Shown: positions 61,647 to 64,000 of the stretch, one piece after another
How the letters are laid out: each line of letters begins with the position of its first letter
Position numbering within the stretch: position 1 is the stretch's first letter
NCBI GenBank assembly: GCA_001949185.1
Contig: BDGG01000007.1
Span: 693,401 to 757,400, forward strand
DNA length: 64,000 bases
From: Ramazzottius varieornatus
Taxonomy: Eukaryota; Animalia; Tardigrada
Direction of reading: 5' to 3'
Program-made: the position numbers and the translations under genes
The notes under the pieces: model-generated
What the model was told of the DNA's origin: nothing
Databases searched by the model: none
The model's input: the letters and a program-made list of their open reading frames with translations, nothing else

Positions 61647-63433
61647 CTTCCATCTCCTTTCATGGAAATGTATGCTGAAGAAAGCGCGGCTTGGCTTTGG
61701 CAAAAACTCTCTAGCAAAACTACGCTGCCATTGTGTAGATTTCTGTTGCACGAGCTCACTTAGCGAAAGGACGTGCAATTTTTTGCCGCAGCGATGTGTC
61801 ACAAGTGACGGTATATTTCCTGTTACATTCGTGGAGGATGCCGGATTAAACTTCGAGTACAGGGATAATCTCCGAAGTGCGATCGATCTGACAACCATCT
61901 ACGGCGCAACAGGAAAGAAGACGCGATAATCAGCTATACTTTATGGGTTGGAGTTCGACGGAAATCCTGTTATTATTGCCGGAGACGGGCCGCATCGCCT
62001 TACGTCACAGCCTTCGCTGCCACTAACCACAGGGCAGTCGTCGGACCGCCTCCTAGCAAGAAGGCTGTCCTTCACGGCACTATATGAACGGTTATCTGGG
62101 CTGGCATCGACTGCTTCTTTCGTCATTCGCGCTGTTATCCATTGCTGCGTATTCTGAGTTTCCCAGTGTTGCTCCGACAAGAGTTTGCCGACTTCAATTT
62201 GCAATTACGGTTGAACGGAATACCTCGCGTAGCAGTACTTTGTATTGCTGGGACCTCACCCTGACCTCACCCTTATCAATCACGACTAATTGAAATGCGG
62301 CTTTTGACAGCACATGAAATTTTTGCGGCAGATTTTTGTAACTTTAATATCCGTAAAATTGGCAGTTGTCATCCGTCACCGATCCGTATATCCGTGAACG
62401 TTTGAAATTACTCTCTGGTATTTCACGCAGAATGTACCACTTCAAAAACACGATTATAGCAAGACACGGCGAGTGCTGGCCGCGCGTACTAAGGCGTCAT
62501 GTAGCTCCTTCACAGAGCATCACGTGCACACTGTAATATTGCACAGCCATGCGACATGCACCAGCGCACAACCAGTCGCTCAATCAAGCAGTACAACATC
62601 ATCATAAATGTGTACGTGTCGGGCGGAATATTCCTGAAAGTCTGCAAACACACCACCACACTTCTGAGTCATACGCTAACTGGACGCCACTCCATCGATC
62701 AACATCGACCGTTGAGGTAAGCCTATTATCCATAACTAATGGCAAGATCAGCCACATATTTCGACGGAAACCTTCGCTTCTCGAAACTCAAAGTTTACTC
62801 AACGATCAAGCAAACGTTTGGTATACTTAAACTATGGTTTAACTCTCGTTTGGATATATTCCGCTGTTTGCATGTAATAGTATATGGTACTAGTACGGTC
62901 TACTGGGGAAGAAAACGAGTGTGAGAAAGTCTGCCGGCAGCTTGAATTACACCCAGCGAGGTCCCCATGCGCCGGTGCGCCACCTGGAAGACCGCGAGGT
63001 CCAGGTGCCACCAGCCAGGTTCTTCTAATTGGCGCCAGCGGAAGAACAACCTGTAAGAGGCGATATGAGGCTCCAGTTCACAGTGCGAGCCTCTGTGAGA
63101 CAGATAGGCAGTGCGCAAACTGCGCAGTATGGAACGGGCATCGAGACAAACCAGTTTGTCTCGACCAAACATAATAGTATTGATGGTTCATCTGCGAGAG
63201 AGGCTGCTGATTGGTTACACCGTGGCTGCTTTTTCCCATCAATGCGCGTCCTATAAGACGTCATCTGGCCACGCCTTGCTGAAAAGCTTTGCCTAGTGCC
63301 CATATACATTGTATCCATGACACGGAGATACTCACCACACAGCGGTGATCGAAGTCAGGAGCAGGACTGCCGTAGAAGTACAAATTAATGTGACTGAGCC
63401 TGCAAAAGTCGACGAGGTTAGGCAGGTTTCGTA

Positions 63434-63878
63434 CACGCACGACGAGATATTACGGGCCAGTAAAAAATTACGGGCCAGGCCTATTCGCTACGGCGGCACG
63501 GGCAGGTGACTCTTGCTCCAAGTAAAAAACACGTGGAAGGCTGGACTGCTGTACGTGCGTGCTGGATATTGGGCCGAAGAGCTAAAGCTTGTCATATTAA
63601 TGTTATAGCAGTCAGATCTTCATTATACCTTCAACAGTTCAAACTATTCCAAGGCTTCTCTGGTCTCCAGGGGAGAGTCCACAGCAGCATAGAAACGTTA
63701 GAGTAAAACAGCTGATCAGCTGATGGCCACTGTCCATGACAATTTTCTACGGTTGCATTTTACTTCGTTACGTCATTTGTGCGTTTTCTGTTTCTGACTT
63801 CCATACAAATTGTAAATTTGCTGTCTTTTTTCCCCTGGTCCGTAACTTTTACTGACCCGTAATATCTCGTCGTGCGTG
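63434..63878. mobile_element. TA-flanked MITE (Tc1/mariner-like) with ~45-bp TIRs
   Basis: TA|cacgcacgacgagatattacgggccagtaaaaaattacgggccagg ... cctggtccgtaacttttactgacccgtaatatctcgtcgtgcgtg|TA. Confidence 0.8.
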
Positions 63879-64000
63879 TACTTATAAGACAGTAAAAATT
63901 ATGGGACAGGCGAAAAAGACGGTAGAATGGAAATTCAACCGTAGCAAAGTGTTGAAAAGTACATTAGTGTAAATCGGTTGTGGACGCACGTGCTTCCGTA

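Noticed and set aside
1-64000. Whole window being bacterial or contaminant
   Set aside because: Spliceosomal introns and metazoan genes throughout; only the GIN-domain gene looks bacterial.

Overview
Eukaryotic animal genomic DNA. It is gene-dense with short GT-AG introns and carries diverged receptor guanylyl-cyclase-family genes; this style suggests a tardigrade such as Ramazzottius (inference, not proven). 1-5 kb is a nest of decayed Ty3/Gypsy retrotransposon pieces: Gag with an N/G/Y-rich region and zinc knuckle, protease, an unusual triple zinc-finger insert, two RT fragments in opposite orientations and inverted LTR ends. Next come a small LRR type-I membrane protein gene, MondoA/ChREBP (Mlxip), a CBM14 chitin-binding protein, a GT7 beta-1,4-GalNAc/Gal transferase, Ataxin-2, a decayed CRE-like non-LTR element, DPP7, an intron-containing tRNA-Leu(CAG), a class A GPCR, a receptor guanylyl cyclase, a frameshifted PM20D2, PICALM/LAP, an intronless bacterial-type DUF2807/GIN-domain gene and a truncated (ectodomain+TM only) natriuretic-receptor-like gene. 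Highlights: (i) a modular palindromic repeat family found nine times, only inside introns; (ii) a probable horizontally acquired GIN-domain secreted protein; (iii) a receptor cyclase with a soluble-GC-beta-like half-site (Asp->His) near a cyclase-less receptor; (iv) eRF3-like overlapping PAM2 motifs plus a triplicated splice acceptor in Ataxin-2; (v) three transposons nested inside each other, each with its target-site duplication (TSD). All calls are by eye; no database searches were run.
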